Shown here one piece after another: positions 14,236 through 26,775 of a stretch of 64,000 nt of DNA. The notes under the pieces are model-generated. The model was not told the origin of the DNA and searched no databases. It was given only the letters and a program-made list of their open reading frames with translations. This DNA comes from Scyliorhinus canicula (Eukaryota), in NCBI RefSeq assembly GCF_902713615.1, contig NC_052162.1, positions 103,133,811 to 103,197,810 on the forward strand, read 5' to 3'. Position 1 is the first letter of the stretch. Every line of letters begins with the position of its first letter. The position numbers were made by a program, and so were the translations under genes.

Positions 14236-14729
14236 CAATGTGGGTAGTGGGAGTGGGAGTGCTTTCCTCATAAGACAAGCTGCCAATTTGTCCCACTTTC
14301 TTGTAAACCTTCTCGGAAATGATTCTAATGCGTTTACATATTTCTTTAAATAACAAGGCGAATACTTTACACAGTGGGGGCCATTGCGATTCACTTTGCC
14401 CGCGACCAGTTCACCCTGCCCGTCAGCTTTCTAGCGGTGTGCGATGGCTTCAATGAGATGCAGCGGGTTTATAGAGTCCCATCGCTAGCGAAGGCCATGC
14501 CACCCAGAAAAACTAATCTGGGGGACTGGAGAATCCAGCAGCATATTTCTCAGCGGCACGCTGTTCATTGGCGACAGTAGTCTAGCTTCCCACCACTTGT
14601 CAAATTTCCACTGATGCCACCCCACGCCATCAGGAAACCCACAGGCAGGGTTGCGCCGACAGTGGGAAAAGCAAAACCTGATGATCGGGTAATTCCAGCA
14701 AATGGCCTAATGAACTGAATTATGTCACT

Positions 14730-14830
14730 CACCTGATGAAGGAGTTGAGCTCCAAAAGCTAGTGATTGGGCTTTAACCTGGTGTTGTAAGACTTCTTACT
14801 GTGCTCACCCCAGTCAGACGCCCGCACCTC
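14730..14830 (+). repeat. Penelope-type terminal repeat with a mutated hammerhead core
   Basis: CAC-CTGATGA-AGGAG TTGAG CTCC-AAAAG-CTA-GTG (GAAA changed to AAAA), followed by the TTTAACCTGGTGTTGTAAGACTTCTT motif shared with 24088, 32417 and 34879. Confidence 0.65.
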
Positions 14831-15879
14831 CACATCATTGAAGTATGTAAAGACAAGGGTTGCAATTGTCTGGTTGTTGGCATGCTTTGTTGCCACCTGC
14901 AGCGCACCCCCGCCCGTGGGTTTCCCTGCAGCGTGGGGTGAGGTGGGGTGGCTTCAGTGGGAAATTGACAAACGACAGGAAGATAGAATACTGTCGCCAG
15001 CAACAGCCTGCTGCTGAGAAACACGCAGCTAGGAACTGGTGAATCCAGCCCATCATATTGGTATAATTTTTTGCTAATTTTTTTCCAGTGGGACTGAACT
15101 TTTATGTTGGGGGTAAAACATAATAGAAGGTATTAAATATGGCAAGGGTTTGTAACCGAATATACTTGGGGAACAGCACTTCTAGATCTATAGAATTGCT
15201 TCCATACGTGCACAAAGAACAAGGCAGGAGGTACAAGATATGATGCTGAGTCAGGGATAAAAGTCACATTGTCACTTTTCACCAATGCTACAGAAAGATA
15301 TGCATACGTTTGGAAAGCCAGTTGGGCAGGTAACTTAATTCTCTCCGAGACTAGTCTCCTGATAGAATATGTTAAGGTCTGTGTCAAGTGCCGCAAAACC
15401 CAGAAAGGGAATCTGGAACATCGGTTCTTCCTGGGTCACGGACTATAGTTAACATGCAGTTAGTTCGATCATATGAGGAAAGATAATCAAAAGGTTATCG
15501 GGGGTTGGGGGAGCGACTGACTTCAAACACAGACAGGTGAACAATTCCGTGTGGAATGACCGAGAAGGCTTGAGTGTCCGAAGCCCCACTTCTGCTCCTT
15601 TTCGCATTTTCGATTTATAAAAAAACAGCATTGTCCACATGCGGATTTAATTTTAATTGGTGCCAATGAGATCCAACACCTGATTCCTACCAAAACCATA
15701 GCTAAGACATGGGCGTGTCACATCTGAAATACACTTGAAAACTCGCTACTCCTCGACATGTGTATCTCAAAAATAAGCAGTAAGCACAACCACATGCCTG
15801 GATGGAATTTATTTCTCATCAATGACCCAATTGAGTTTGGCTCTATGTACACCGCTGTGGATGGAGGAAGGATCTTAAC

Positions 15880-17505
15880 ACCATAGGAGCAGAATTAGGC
15901 CACTCGGCCCATCGAGTCTGCTCTGCCATTCAATCATGGCTGATATTTTTCTCATCCCCATTCTCCTGCCTTCTCCCCATAACCCCTGATCCCCTTATTG
16001 ATCAAAAACCTATCTATCTTTGTCTTAAAGACACTCAGTGATGTGGCCTCCACAGCTTTCTGCGGCAAAGAGTTCCACAGATTCACCATCCTCTGGCTGA
16101 AGAAATTCCTCCTCATCTCTGTTTTAAAGGTCTGAGATTGTGTCCACTGCTTCTAGTTTTTCCTACAAGTGGAAACATCCTCTCCACATCCACTCTATCC
16201 AGGCCTCGCAGTATCCTGTAAGTTTCAATAAGATCCCCCTTCATCCTTCTAAATTCCACCGAGTACAGACCCAGAGTCCTCAACTGTTCCTCATATGACA
16301 AGCTGTTCATTCCAGGGATCATTCTTGTGAACCTCCTCTGGACCCTTTCCAAGGCCAACACATCCTTCCTTAGATACGAGGTCCAAAACTGCTCACAATG
16401 CTCCAAATGGAGTCTGACCAGAGCCTTATACAGCCTCAGAAGTACATCCCTGGCCCTGGTCAAATTCCTAGGGGTGCACATCACCAAAAATCTATCCTGG
16501 TCCACTCACGTTGACGCTATCACCAAGAAAGCACAACAGCGCCTATACTTCCTCAGGAAACTAAGGAAATTCGGCATGTCCACATTAACCCTTACCAACT
16601 TTTACAGATGCACTATAGAAAGCATCCTATCGGGCTGCATCACAGCCTGGTATGGCAACTGCTCGGCCCAGGACCGCAAGGAACTTCAGAGAGTCGTGAA
16701 TACCGCCCAGTCCATCACACAAACCTGCCTCCCATCCATTGATTCCATCTACACCTCCCGCTGCCGGGGGAAAGCGGGCAGCATAATCAAGGATCCCTCC
16801 CACCTGGCTTACTCACTTTTCCAACTTCTTCCATCGGGCAGGAGATTCAGAAGTCTGAGAACACGCACAAACAGACTCAAAAACAGCTTCTTCCCCACTG
16901 TCACCAGACTCCTAAATGACCCTCTTATTGACTGACCTCATTAACACTACACCCTGTATGCTTCAACCGATGCCAATGCTTATGTAGTTACATTTTATAT
17001 CTTGTGTTGCCCTATTATGTATTCTCATGTATTTTCTTGAATTGTTTAATTCCCCTTTCTTCCATGTACTGAATGACCTGTTGAGCTGCTTGCAGAAAAA
17101 TACTTTTCACTGTACCTCGGTACACGTGACAATAAACAAATCCAATCCAATCCAATCCAAAAACATTTGCCTTCCTAACTGCCAACTGAACCTGCACGTT
17201 AACATTAAGAAAATTGTGAACAAGGACTCCAAAGTCCCTTTGTGCTTCTGATTTCCTAAGCATCTCCCCATTTAGAAAATAGTCTATGCCTCCATTTCTC
17301 CTTCCAAAGTGCATAACCTCACATTTTTCCACATTGTATTCCATCTGCCACTTCATTGCCCACTCTCCTAGCCTGCCCAAGTTCTTCTGCAGCCCCTTTT
17401 CTTCCTCAATACTACCTGCCCCTCTACAGATCTTTGTATCATCTTCAAACTGAGCAACAGTGCCTTCAGTTTCTTCTTCCACATCATTAATGCATATTGT
17501 GAAAA
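15880..17505 (-). mobile_element. CR1 RT/3' fragments interrupted by a Rex1/Babar piece
   Basis: LVRLHLEHCEQFW..., QRRFTRMIPG (16113-16505); VAQFEDDTKI, WQMEYNVEKC (17015-17482). Confidence 0.8.
16454..17160 (+). mobile_element. Rex1/Babar-type LINE 3' end
   Basis: KFLGVHITKNLSW...KKAQQRLYFLRKL...ESILSGCITAWYG...RLKNSFFP, followed by GTGACAATAA and an (ATCCA)n tail. Confidence 0.8.
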
Positions 17506-17739
17506 GGACGTCTGCAGAATGAACTGCAGCAATATCCCACAGTTAATTTGCCAGCAGCTCCCCGCACCGTGAACTTTACAGCGACATGGGGTTGAAATAC
17601 AATGTTATGAGATCCACCATTTCTAACCCACTATCCTGACTTGTAGCTCCTCCCTTCATCAGTGTCCCATCAGAGATTTGGAATTGCTGAACACGAGAAG
17701 AGAAGTTAGCAGAATGGATAAAGCAGCTTAATATAAAGG

Positions 17740-17957
17740 TAAAAACAAATTACCACAGATGCTGGAATCTGAAACAAAAACAGAAAATACTGGACAATCT
17801 CAGCAGATCTGACACCATCTATAGAGAGAAAAGGGAGCTATTGTTTCGGGTCTGACAGAGTCATCAGCTTTCACAAAGAGACAGCCAGAGTCGAAAGGTT
17901 CTCTCCACAGATGCTGTCAGAGCTGCTGAGATTGTCCAGTATTTTCTGTTTTTGTTT
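17740..17957. repeat. Palindromic (fold-back) repeat, probably Penelope-end derived
   Basis: Arms AAACAAAAACAGAAAATACTGGACAATCTCAGCAG and CTGCTGAGATTGTCCAGTATTTTCTGTTTTTGTTT are reverse complements. Confidence 0.7.
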
Positions 17958-18264
17958 AATCTAGTGGTATACCACGAGATTTTCAGCCAAACTCTGGATG
18001 GAAAATAATGGAACTTGGTTCCAATAAACACTGAAAAATAAAAAAGCAGGGGGAAAAGGATGTCTATTGATAGAAACAGGAATTAAGTTCAATTCTGGGT
18101 TTCAGAATGGAGTCGGGAGGTAGGGAATTGGAACTGATGTGTTCAGGAAAGAAATGGCATCAGAGACCAGGGAGGGGAAGAGAGTTTGTGACAAGTGTAC
18201 GGAGGTTGTAACCAAAGCACAAAATAAATCTCGGTGTCTTCAATTCAGTTTTAACAACAATGCT

Positions 18265-18588
18265 GGGCAGCAAAGTAGCATGGTGGTTAGCATAAATGCT
18301 TCACAGCTCCAGGGTCCCAGGTTTGATTCCCGGCTGGGTCACTGTCTGTGCGGAGTCTGCACGTCCTCCCCGTGTGTGCGTGGGTTTCCTCCGGGTGCTC
18401 CGGTTTCCTCCCACAGTCCAAAGATGTGCGGGTTAGGTGGATTGGCCATGCTAAATTGCCCGTAGTGTACTAAAAAGTAAGGTTAAGGGGGGTGTTGTTG
18501 GGTTACGGGTATAGGGTGGATACGTGGGTTTGAGTAGGGTGATCATTGTTCGGCACAACATCGAGGGCCGAAGGGCCTGTTCTGTTCT
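18265..18588 (+). mobile_element. HE1/V-SINE-type SINE
   Basis: Matches the SINE consensus. Confidence 0.9.
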
Positions 18589-18637
18589 AACATCATCATT
18601 AATTTGAATTAATTGCTGGTACCAGAATCCCTTTTTT

Positions 18638-18962
18638 CATAGAATTTACAGTGCAGAAGGAGGCCATTCGGCCCATCGAGTCTGCACCGGTTCTCTGAAA
18701 GAGCATATACTACCCAAGCCCATATGTCCACCCTATGCCCATAACCCAGTAACTCCACCCAACACTCAGGGCAATTTTGAACACTGAGGGCAATTTAGCA
18801 TGGCCAATCCATCTAACCTGCACCGGAGCACACGGAGGAAACCCAGGCACGCACGGGGAGAATGTGCAGACTCTGCACAGACAGTGAGCCAAGCCGGGAA
18901 TCGAACCTGGGACCCTGGAGCTGTGAAGCAATTGTGCTAACCACCATGCTACCGTGCTGCCC
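18638..18962 (-). mobile_element. HE1/V-SINE-type SINE (variant with internal deletion), tail-to-tail with the previous copy
   Basis: Reverse complement head at 18900-18962; core shortened. Confidence 0.85.
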
Positions 18963-20301
18963 TTCTTGCAAGGTGTGCAAGATAACTTTATAAATCACTG
19001 TGTAAAAACATCCCAGACAGTGAACATTAACTATTCGATCTAATGGTGGCAAATTAACCAGAGTGGATAAAAGAGTAGAGGTCTAAGGAGAGTGGCCATA
19101 AAATATAATCCCTAAATTTCCATGGATTTAGAGACAGAGTGGGATTGCTATTCTGGGAATGGCTAAGACTATATTTAATAAAATTCCCCGCGACACAGTA
19201 CAATGTGTTAATATACAAGTAAGTTGCAGCATGTGTTAAAAGTGAGAGGGAATTGTGCTTTAAATGCCCTCGTGTGGAAAATCCAAATGAGCAAATACGC
19301 TTTAATGTACAGCGAACATAACCTAGACAGGGATTAGTGAACGGACTGAGAAATATGGGAAATTTAGGGAAAAGGGATGTGCATCCAGTTATAATGGAAT
19401 AGTTTAATAAAGTCTGGATGATAAAGTATTAGACAACTCGTTAAAACAATATTGGAGAATGTAATGACATAATTAGCTGCAGACACATTTATGGAGGTGT
19501 TGGAAAAAGTGGCCACCAAAACTGGTGAATTATCTGCCAGATAATCAAGCTCTTTCAGCCGAGCGGTCCACACTCATCATGCAACTCAATGAGCAAACGT
19601 TTGCCGTTCGGTTCCAGTGACGATTTCCATACTAGGAAAGCTCGCCATGGGCCATTTGCTTTAAAGTGTGTCTTGAGGATCGACTCAGTCAAAGTTCCCC
19701 CTTGCCACTAACGCCGGGACAGGTTCTGTCCAGCTGCCCCAGAAGTAACAGCCTCGTCACCCACCTTATCAGATGTGCGAAAGCAATGCTAATTTACCAA
19801 ACACAAATTCTAATGGAATAATATAGGCAATTGTTCCACCCAATGTAGAAGCGAAAGCTGTTTGTAGGAGGAAGAACTGTTGTTCTGGGTGATGGAGAGA
19901 CAGGAGCAAAATGATCGGTGGTTCTCCTGGAGGTACCATGGGAAAAGGAGTTGTTGAAAGTGATTGTCTTCAATAATCTATCCACTGCGCCTCGCAACTT
20001 CCTTTCGACAGCAATTTGTTGCTGCTTCGTTTGGATCATGTATCCATGCAATGAAAAACTGAGGCCCAAATGCACATCCCGGAGCACGTGCAGTCACCTC
20101 CTACCAATTGAACTGCACACACTTTATCCATAAACAAATTGACAGCGTTCTGTGCATACATTAGCCTCCCGATTGCTGTTTATATCAATTAAAATTAATC
20201 TCTTTACAGAATCATAGAATTTACAGTGCAGAAGGAGGCCAAAGTTCAAATCCAACTCATAAATTCTTAATTCTAATCATTGGGGTGCTCTTCGCAACCG
20301 A

Positions 20302-20340
20302 GGTTTTTGTACGGACTCTGTCGCTCCATACAACACTGTG
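20302..20340 (-). promoter_or_regulatory. 23-RSS of V1 (consensus)
   Basis: Minus strand: CACAGTG (20340-20334), 23-bp spacer, ACAAAAACC (20310-20302). Confidence 0.97.
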
Positions 20341-20622
20341 TAGTAGACACCACACAGAAGTAGGTCGCGGTGTCTGTCAGACTCATGGACGAGATAGTCA
20401 GGGTGCTGCTCTTCTCCAAACTTCGACTGACGGCTCTGAATCGACCTTTTTCTTCACCGGTTCTCGACGCCATTATCAACATCTTTGGTCCCTGGTTCGG
20501 AGGCTGAACATACCAGTAAATCGCCGAGAAAACAATGGTGGTGTGGCAGTGTATCAATATGGTTTTCCGTTCACGCGGATTCTGTGACGGAAATGTTTGC
20601 GTAACTTTTTCATCGGTAACAG
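20341..20622 (-). CDS. TCR alpha/delta-like V exon (V1)
   Basis: Acceptor ttgctccattAG, phase 1; VTDEKVTQ...LIHC...IYWYVQPPNQGPKML...GRF...STLTISSMSLTDTATYFCVVST with both conserved Cys and the Trp; abuts a consensus 23-RSS. Confidence 0.92.
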
Positions 20623-20932
20623 CTAATGGAGCAAAGTAATCAATTCCAATTAGTCCAAACAGATATTTGAGAAACATGGGAATAGCTGTATGAATTTCAA
20701 CTCTTCAGATCTACTGCAAATTTAATTACTTCATATTAATTCTAAATCTTAAATCTGTTTGTCCTCTTTCGCTCAATAAGCGGTGATGTAATCATCCTTG
20801 GCTAAAGAACATCGTTAAAATATTCTGAACAAATAATACGAGACATTGATAAAATTACAAAGACGGCCAGGAATTGGCCAGCTGATTTCAATGTCGTGAA
20901 TCTTTGAAGAAGTAAAGGAGGTCAGATATTAC

Positions 20933-20971
20933 CTGAAAAAGAGTATGAATGACCAAAGCACTGGGCTTCAT
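20933..20971 (-). other. Candidate leader exon of V1 (39 nt, out of phase with the V exon by 1 nt)
   Basis: ATG AAG CCC AGT GCT TTG GTC ATT CAT ACT CTT TTT CAG|GTAATA (MKPSALVIHTLFQ); one more T in the T5 run would give phase 1. Confidence 0.45.
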
Positions 20972-22069
20972 TTCCAAAGCGGATGAACGGAAAAGCAGAA
21001 AGTTGCGTTCCTGTTACACTCACTGAACACGTTTCCACATCGATACATTTATTTTTCTCGCAAGGTCAGAATTATGTGGTTACATCCACAGCAACTTTGA
21101 ACAGGTTGTGCCCCCTATCTCTAGAAACAATTAAACTGAGTTATGTCCCTTTAGATTTAATTAGATAGCAACATTGTTTGGTAAACTATATTTGGGGAAG
21201 ACGTTTCCGTAGGGGGTAACAGATCTTCAGATACATGGGAGGATTGATTGTCCTGCTTAGCAGGATCACAGATCTGTAGATTGAGTGATCTGGCTTTGTT
21301 CTGTACATCTTCTTAATAACCTAACGATCAAAATGTCTGACTCAAAAGGTTTTTGGGGCGAGTTTTCCAACTTTTATTTTTACCGCCCTTTGCATGAAAG
21401 AAATCCAGATTTCTCTCCTATGTGACCTTGTTCTAATTTTAAGATCGTGCATCTTCGCCCTTGATTCTCTGGTTACAGCAAGTATTTTCTTCATCTACCT
21501 TGCCGAAGGTTTTAACAGCAAAGCACCTCGAACAGATGTTTCAATATTTAATAGACAACGCAACACAACCCAAATTTCTACAATTTGTACTCCTAATTTA
21601 ATATTTCAACACCTGTACCGTTCTAGCGAGTTTGTGTTGTGTTAATTCCGAAGCAAATATCTGCTGCCTGAGGCACAGAACTGAATGCAATCAGACAGGT
21701 ACCATCTAACCAGAGCTTCACACAACTGAAGCCTAACTTTCAGCAATTTGCATTACCTTGAGATAGGGACGCACCATCTATTACTTTTTCTGAGCCAGGG
21801 CCCAGAGTGTGGACAGGGGCGAACCCCTAATCCAGCTCCTTGCCTGCTCCAGAAAACAATTCAAATTCAAATTGAATCCAATTCATGGTCCCCACAAGAG
21901 AGATATACCAGATCTGAGCCAAAAGGCAGAGCAGACACTACACTTGATCTTAGCCAAACGGCCGAAAATTCACCAGTCTGATTCTATTTTCTGATCCTCT
22001 ATTCGCTCTGAATGATTCTGTACTTGAACTCGAGTCTCCTTGCATATCTTCTTGAAATGAATGAAAAAT

Positions 22070-22215
22070 GAACTGAAAATCGCTTATTGTCACGAGTAGG
22101 CTTCAATGAAGTTACTGTGAAAAGTAACCGCCTGTCCGGCAATCGAACCGTGCTTGCTGGTCTACTTGGTCTGCTTTCAATGCCAGCGATTTAGCCTAGT
22201 GAGCTAAACCAGCCT
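22070..22215 (-). mobile_element. Second tRNA-derived SINE family
   Basis: Reverse complement GGCTGGTTTAGCTCAC...GGTTCGATT...GTGACAATAAGCGATTTTCA; more copies at ~29540-29870 (tandem pair) and ~61045-61203. Confidence 0.75.
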
Positions 22216-23179
22216 CAACCTTTACTCCCAGATTAAATATTGGCAGTTCTGAGTAAATGTTCTCACACTTGCCCACAGGAAACTCGTTCTGCCTCATTGT
22301 TACAATATTTAATCTATTTTCTCCTTACATCTCCATATTTGCTTTTTTGCTCTAATTTATTGAAATTTAACATTTTGAATATATATTTTTCAGCCCTTTG
22401 AATTAATAATTTTCAGAACAAACATGTGTATCCATCTAGAAGGACACAATATATTAGAACTTGCAGAATTTGTCGTTATTCGTTAACCTAATAATATACT
22501 TACATGTTATAAAACTCAGTGAAATGCTAAGCAGGAATATCGGTCCTGATATCTTTTGCATCTTGTACATCGACGGCTTCTAAAATCCGCTCAGAATTGC
22601 GGCAGAATTGTTCGGTAATGTAACAGGGATAATAGCAGAGTGTAAACCTGGTTCACTGATGACAATGGCAAAACTAAGATCGCTCTGGTCTGACATCATC
22701 ATGTCCGGGTCACTGGAGTCAAGGCCATCATTTGGCAAAGGAACAAAATCATGCAAAAATAATCAACGTCCTCAAATCCTCAGTGTATTGACGGATTAAT
22801 AATGGTCGAAATTCAATAAATCTGTATGATGGAACTATTGCTGGAGCAGAACAATAATGATTCCATTAAAATCAGGTATTACGGGAAGGTTTTAATGACA
22901 ATGTGGTCCATGATCTATTAATATTGCTGAAACAATTAGTCTGAATTGTTTGATTTCTTACCGTTCGACTTTTCTTTTGCAAGTTTTAACGTCAATAATC
23001 TTTTGAAATGTCACCGAGTCAAAATGGAATAATGTTTTAGCACATTTTGAAAATCCCGCCTGCAGTTTTGAATGCTGTGGCTGTTTTAGCTTTAGTCAAT
23101 TTATGTAAGATATAAGCTATCTTCCAACATTTTCACCACGACTAGGGGGCGAGTAACTATTAAAGTACTTTTAACGCAG

Positions 23180-23380
23180 GGCAGCACGGTGGCACAGCCC
23201 TGCTGCCTCACGGCCCCGAGGTCCCAGATTCGATCCCGGTTCTGGGTCACTGTCCGTGTGGGGTTTGCACGTTCTCCCCGTGTTCGCGTGGGTTTCGGCC
23301 CCAGGTTAGGTGGATTGGCCATGCTAAATTGCCCCTTAATTGGAAAAAATGAGTTGGGTACTCTAAATTTATTTTTAAAA
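23180..23380 (+). mobile_element. Short HE1-like SINE with TSD
   Basis: 14-bp TSD TACTTTTAACGCAG at 23166-23179 and 23381-23394. Confidence 0.85.
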
Positions 23381-24087
23381 TACTTTTAACGCAGAGGATG
23401 ACAATATAAAAAAGTGACCTTCATTCCCAATGTATTATGAGTGACGTTCTACGTTAAGTTCGACATATTTCCCAAACACTGATTGACAGGCAGGGGACAA
23501 CAACTCCAGGGGACCTGGGAAGAATTCAAGGCCCATTTCATGGCATACATTCTCTCCTTAATGTTTCTCTTGATGGCATACATTCTCTCCTTAATGTTTC
23601 TCTTGATGGCATTCATTCTCTCCTTAATGTTTCTCTTTAAACAAAAATAAAAATATTAATGTTCAGTTCGTTATATAAACCTAGAAAGACAAGATAGCAG
23701 ACGCATAGAAACACAACTACCTCCAAGTTCCCTTCCAAGTCACTCATCACCCTGACTTGGAACTGTCTGTGGATCAAAATTATGAAACTCACTTCGTAAC
23801 AGCACTTCCTAACACGATCGACACCACAGGGTCTGCACTGTCTTCCCAGATTTAGCTGCAAAAACATCCGCTTGAGTGGGGATCACGTCCCCAACTTTAC
23901 CCTTGATTGAACAGCCAATTAGCGCGTTCAACTGGAGATGGTTACCCATATCCAGCAGGGACTCTCCATATTCGATACGCAGCTGACCTCTATGAAAGCA
24001 TGTTCTGAATTTACCCATATTGATCTGAAGGTCAGCATACACCCATGGAGATGCAGCCTACCTCAAAATCTGAAAAATCTCTTCATT

Positions 24088-24122
24088 CACCTGAGGAAGG
24101 AGCAGTGCTCCGAAAGCTAGTG
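24088..24122 (+). ncRNA. Minimal type-I hammerhead ribozyme in a Penelope-type end
   Basis: CAC-CUGAGGA-A-GGAG(CAGUG)CUCC-GAAAG-CUA/GUG: stem I CAC:GUG, stem II GGAG:CUCC, loop-less palindromic stem III (AGCU); predicted cleavage after 24119. Confidence 0.7.
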
Positions 24123-24558
24123 TTTGAAACAAACCTGTTGGACTTAACCTGGTGTTGTAAGACTTCTTACTGTGAAAAATCTCTGGCCATCGAAGCAGCC
24201 ATCCAACAAGAAAATTTGACTTTGATTGAGCTGAAGGCTAAGTAATTTAAAATATACATAAAGTTAACTGCTCTCTTACAATAAGAGATTTTTACTTTGG
24301 TATTTCGCTAGATATGGTGCACGAGAAATTCGAATTTAATTTTTCTTTTGTGAACTGGGGGAAAATATTGAAAACAATCCAGTGTACAGACCATCTCACG
24401 CAATGAGGATTCTCGTATTGTTTGCAATTAAAATATTTCTGAACCTCTGTATTATGTTTCTTATGAGCTTTCCACCACAACGCTTATGCAGTAATGTTCT
24501 TATTGTGAAACTGCACAGTCGCATGTAGAACTGACCTTCATGTCACAAAGCCCCATCT

Positions 24559-24597
24559 AGTCATTGTACAAGTGTCTAACAGGTTCAATTCACTGTG
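24559..24597 (-). promoter_or_regulatory. 23-RSS of V3 (degenerate nonamer)
   Basis: CACAGTG (24597-24591), 23-bp spacer, ACAATGACT; the nonamer-proximal sequence resembles that of V2 (agtcattgt acaag vs agtttttgt acaag). Confidence 0.75.
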
Positions 24598-24880
24598 GGA
24601 GTCAGTGCGCTCTAGTACATTGCTTCATCAGATAGCCGCAGCTTGGAAATTGTTAAGTAAAGGTCGGGGTGTGTGTGAACACTGTTGAACATTACGATTG
24701 TTTTATTTTTTAAAACAGCAGACTGAAGCTCACCAAGGCAAACCATTGCGGAATACAGAACGTGGCAGAAATTGATCCCTTGCAGCAGATACGTGGTAAA
24801 TAATGTTATTTTTTTCCCTTTAGTGTTCAGTCCATGCAGGATTTTTAGACTCCCGGATCAATTACATAGAAAATAAAAGG
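24598..24880 (-). pseudogene. TCR alpha/delta-like V pseudogene (V3)
   Basis: 3' end reads LTISKLRLSDEAMY*SALT (YYC changed to Y*S) into the RSS; degraded TKGKKITL and FWYRQ-like relics upstream; the 5' boundary is approximate. Confidence 0.75.
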
Positions 24881-26775
24881 ATACATATAAGGAAACGGTC
24901 TCCTTTATGGATAATTCTGTTAAATTATCAGTTACCATCTGTTCATCAAAACGATGTTTGCACCTGATTTCTGTGTGGAATTAACCAGGAAATCATTCGT
25001 CCAATGAATGACATGCTAGTTTCCTTGAGAAAAATACATTCACCGTTGTATTTTTTTTCCTGTAACATGAGCAAACCAAAATAAACCAATACTTTGAAAG
25101 GTCCCACATTCAAATCAAAGCACGTGTGAGCTAATTGTTTGGTTGCCAATCAATCCACTGTACAAATTACCAAGCAGTGAAACGTTTAATATGGTGATAT
25201 CCATGGTTAAACATCAAGGACACAGCAAACGTCACACTGAAGATCATCTTGTAAAATCGGTTAATTCCAGGGACTCCTCCTCTTGAAAAATCAGATATCC
25301 TAAATGAACTGTCCCACCACCGATTGAGATTCTACAACACAAAGCAGCTGCAATCTCACCCAAAGTTTAGCCGCTGAGGTTACGTTGAACCCAATTCAGG
25401 AGGCGGAATTCACGCTGCTGCTCTGACCTGGGAGTGACAGTTGCGGTCAGAGCTCAGTGCGATCCAGGCGCACTTCCGGCTCTAACGGCAGTTTCGCATC
25501 TCCAACTGACTCGTGACAAAACACCTGCCTGAATGGAAAGTAGTGTGAAGATAATTCATAGAAAAAACTGTTACATTCCAGGTTCCTTTCTAATGACCTA
25601 ATTATCTAATTCGAGTTGAGGGAATCGAAAAGTAAAGTAGACTGATCAAAATCATAATAGACACGGGAACAAAGCTTTGATGGGAAATATGAAGCCCAAA
25701 GGCTCCTCTTTACGAATACTGATACCCGCCTCCAGCGTTGAGGACTTAGAAAACCGTTTAAAGTATTAAAAACAGCTTTAAATAATGCTCATTCTCAGCA
25801 GCAAATTATAAAGAGAAATCATTGGGAGAATTGAACATGCACACTATTACATTTCATAAGGAATCCTACAGCAGATTACAGCCAATGCGTTAGTTTTGTG
25901 TTGCAGTCATTTTCACCTCCTATAGAGGAGACAGTGTGGTAGTGGGAATGTCACTCGACTAATTAGTCAGAGGCCCACTTTACTCTTCCACGCACATTGA
26001 TTCAACTCCAACATTGCAGTTGGTAAATGTTAAATTAACAAAATCTGGGATTTAAAATTAGTTTCAGTAACTGTGATCGTGAACGATCATCGTCTGACTT
26101 TAAAAATCAGCTTGTTCATTAATGTAGTTCCGGGGGTGAAATCCACCATCTTTACCTAGTCTGACTGACGTGTGAATCCAACTTGACTCTTAACTGCTCT
26201 CTGAAGCCCAAAGAGAACAACATCATCATGTCTGCTCAAACTCAGTATTTGTTTCAACGCAAGAAGTATGGCAGGTAAGGCAGATGAAATTAGAGCACTT
26301 AGGACTATGATGTTGTGGCCGTCACGGGAACGTGGTTAAAGGAAGGGCAGGATTGGACGTTGGAGGATATAGATCAGTGGTTCCCAACGTGGGGCGTACG
26401 CCCCACAGGGGGGCAATTTGATTTTTAAGGGGGGCAATTGTGCGCGACTGAGGAGGTCTGGGTCCAAATTTTCAATTTTTATTTTTTTGGATTTTCCATC
26501 AGGTAAACATATGTAGTTTATGTTTCAGATGTTATTTTGAGTAAATAATTTTTTTCAAATCTTTAAAGGATAAGTTTGAAAAAAGATCAACAATAAAGTC
26601 TCTGTTCACTGCACAAACTGTTACTGTCAGTTGTACTCTTGAGGCTAGTTATGAAATTTCTTTACTCATTGCTAAATCTGGAAAAAATCATACTATAGGG
26701 GAAGATTTAATTAAACCATCAATATCAGCATTTCTTAAAACAGTTCAGGAAAAAGATGACAAAGATGTTAAAGCC

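Noticed and set aside
14370-14410. Plus-strand CACAGTG heptamers (also near 32813 and 48451)
   Set aside because: No nonamer at 12- or 23-bp spacing.
15835-15875. TAVY-like codons as a V 3' end
   Set aside because: No following Cys and no RSS.
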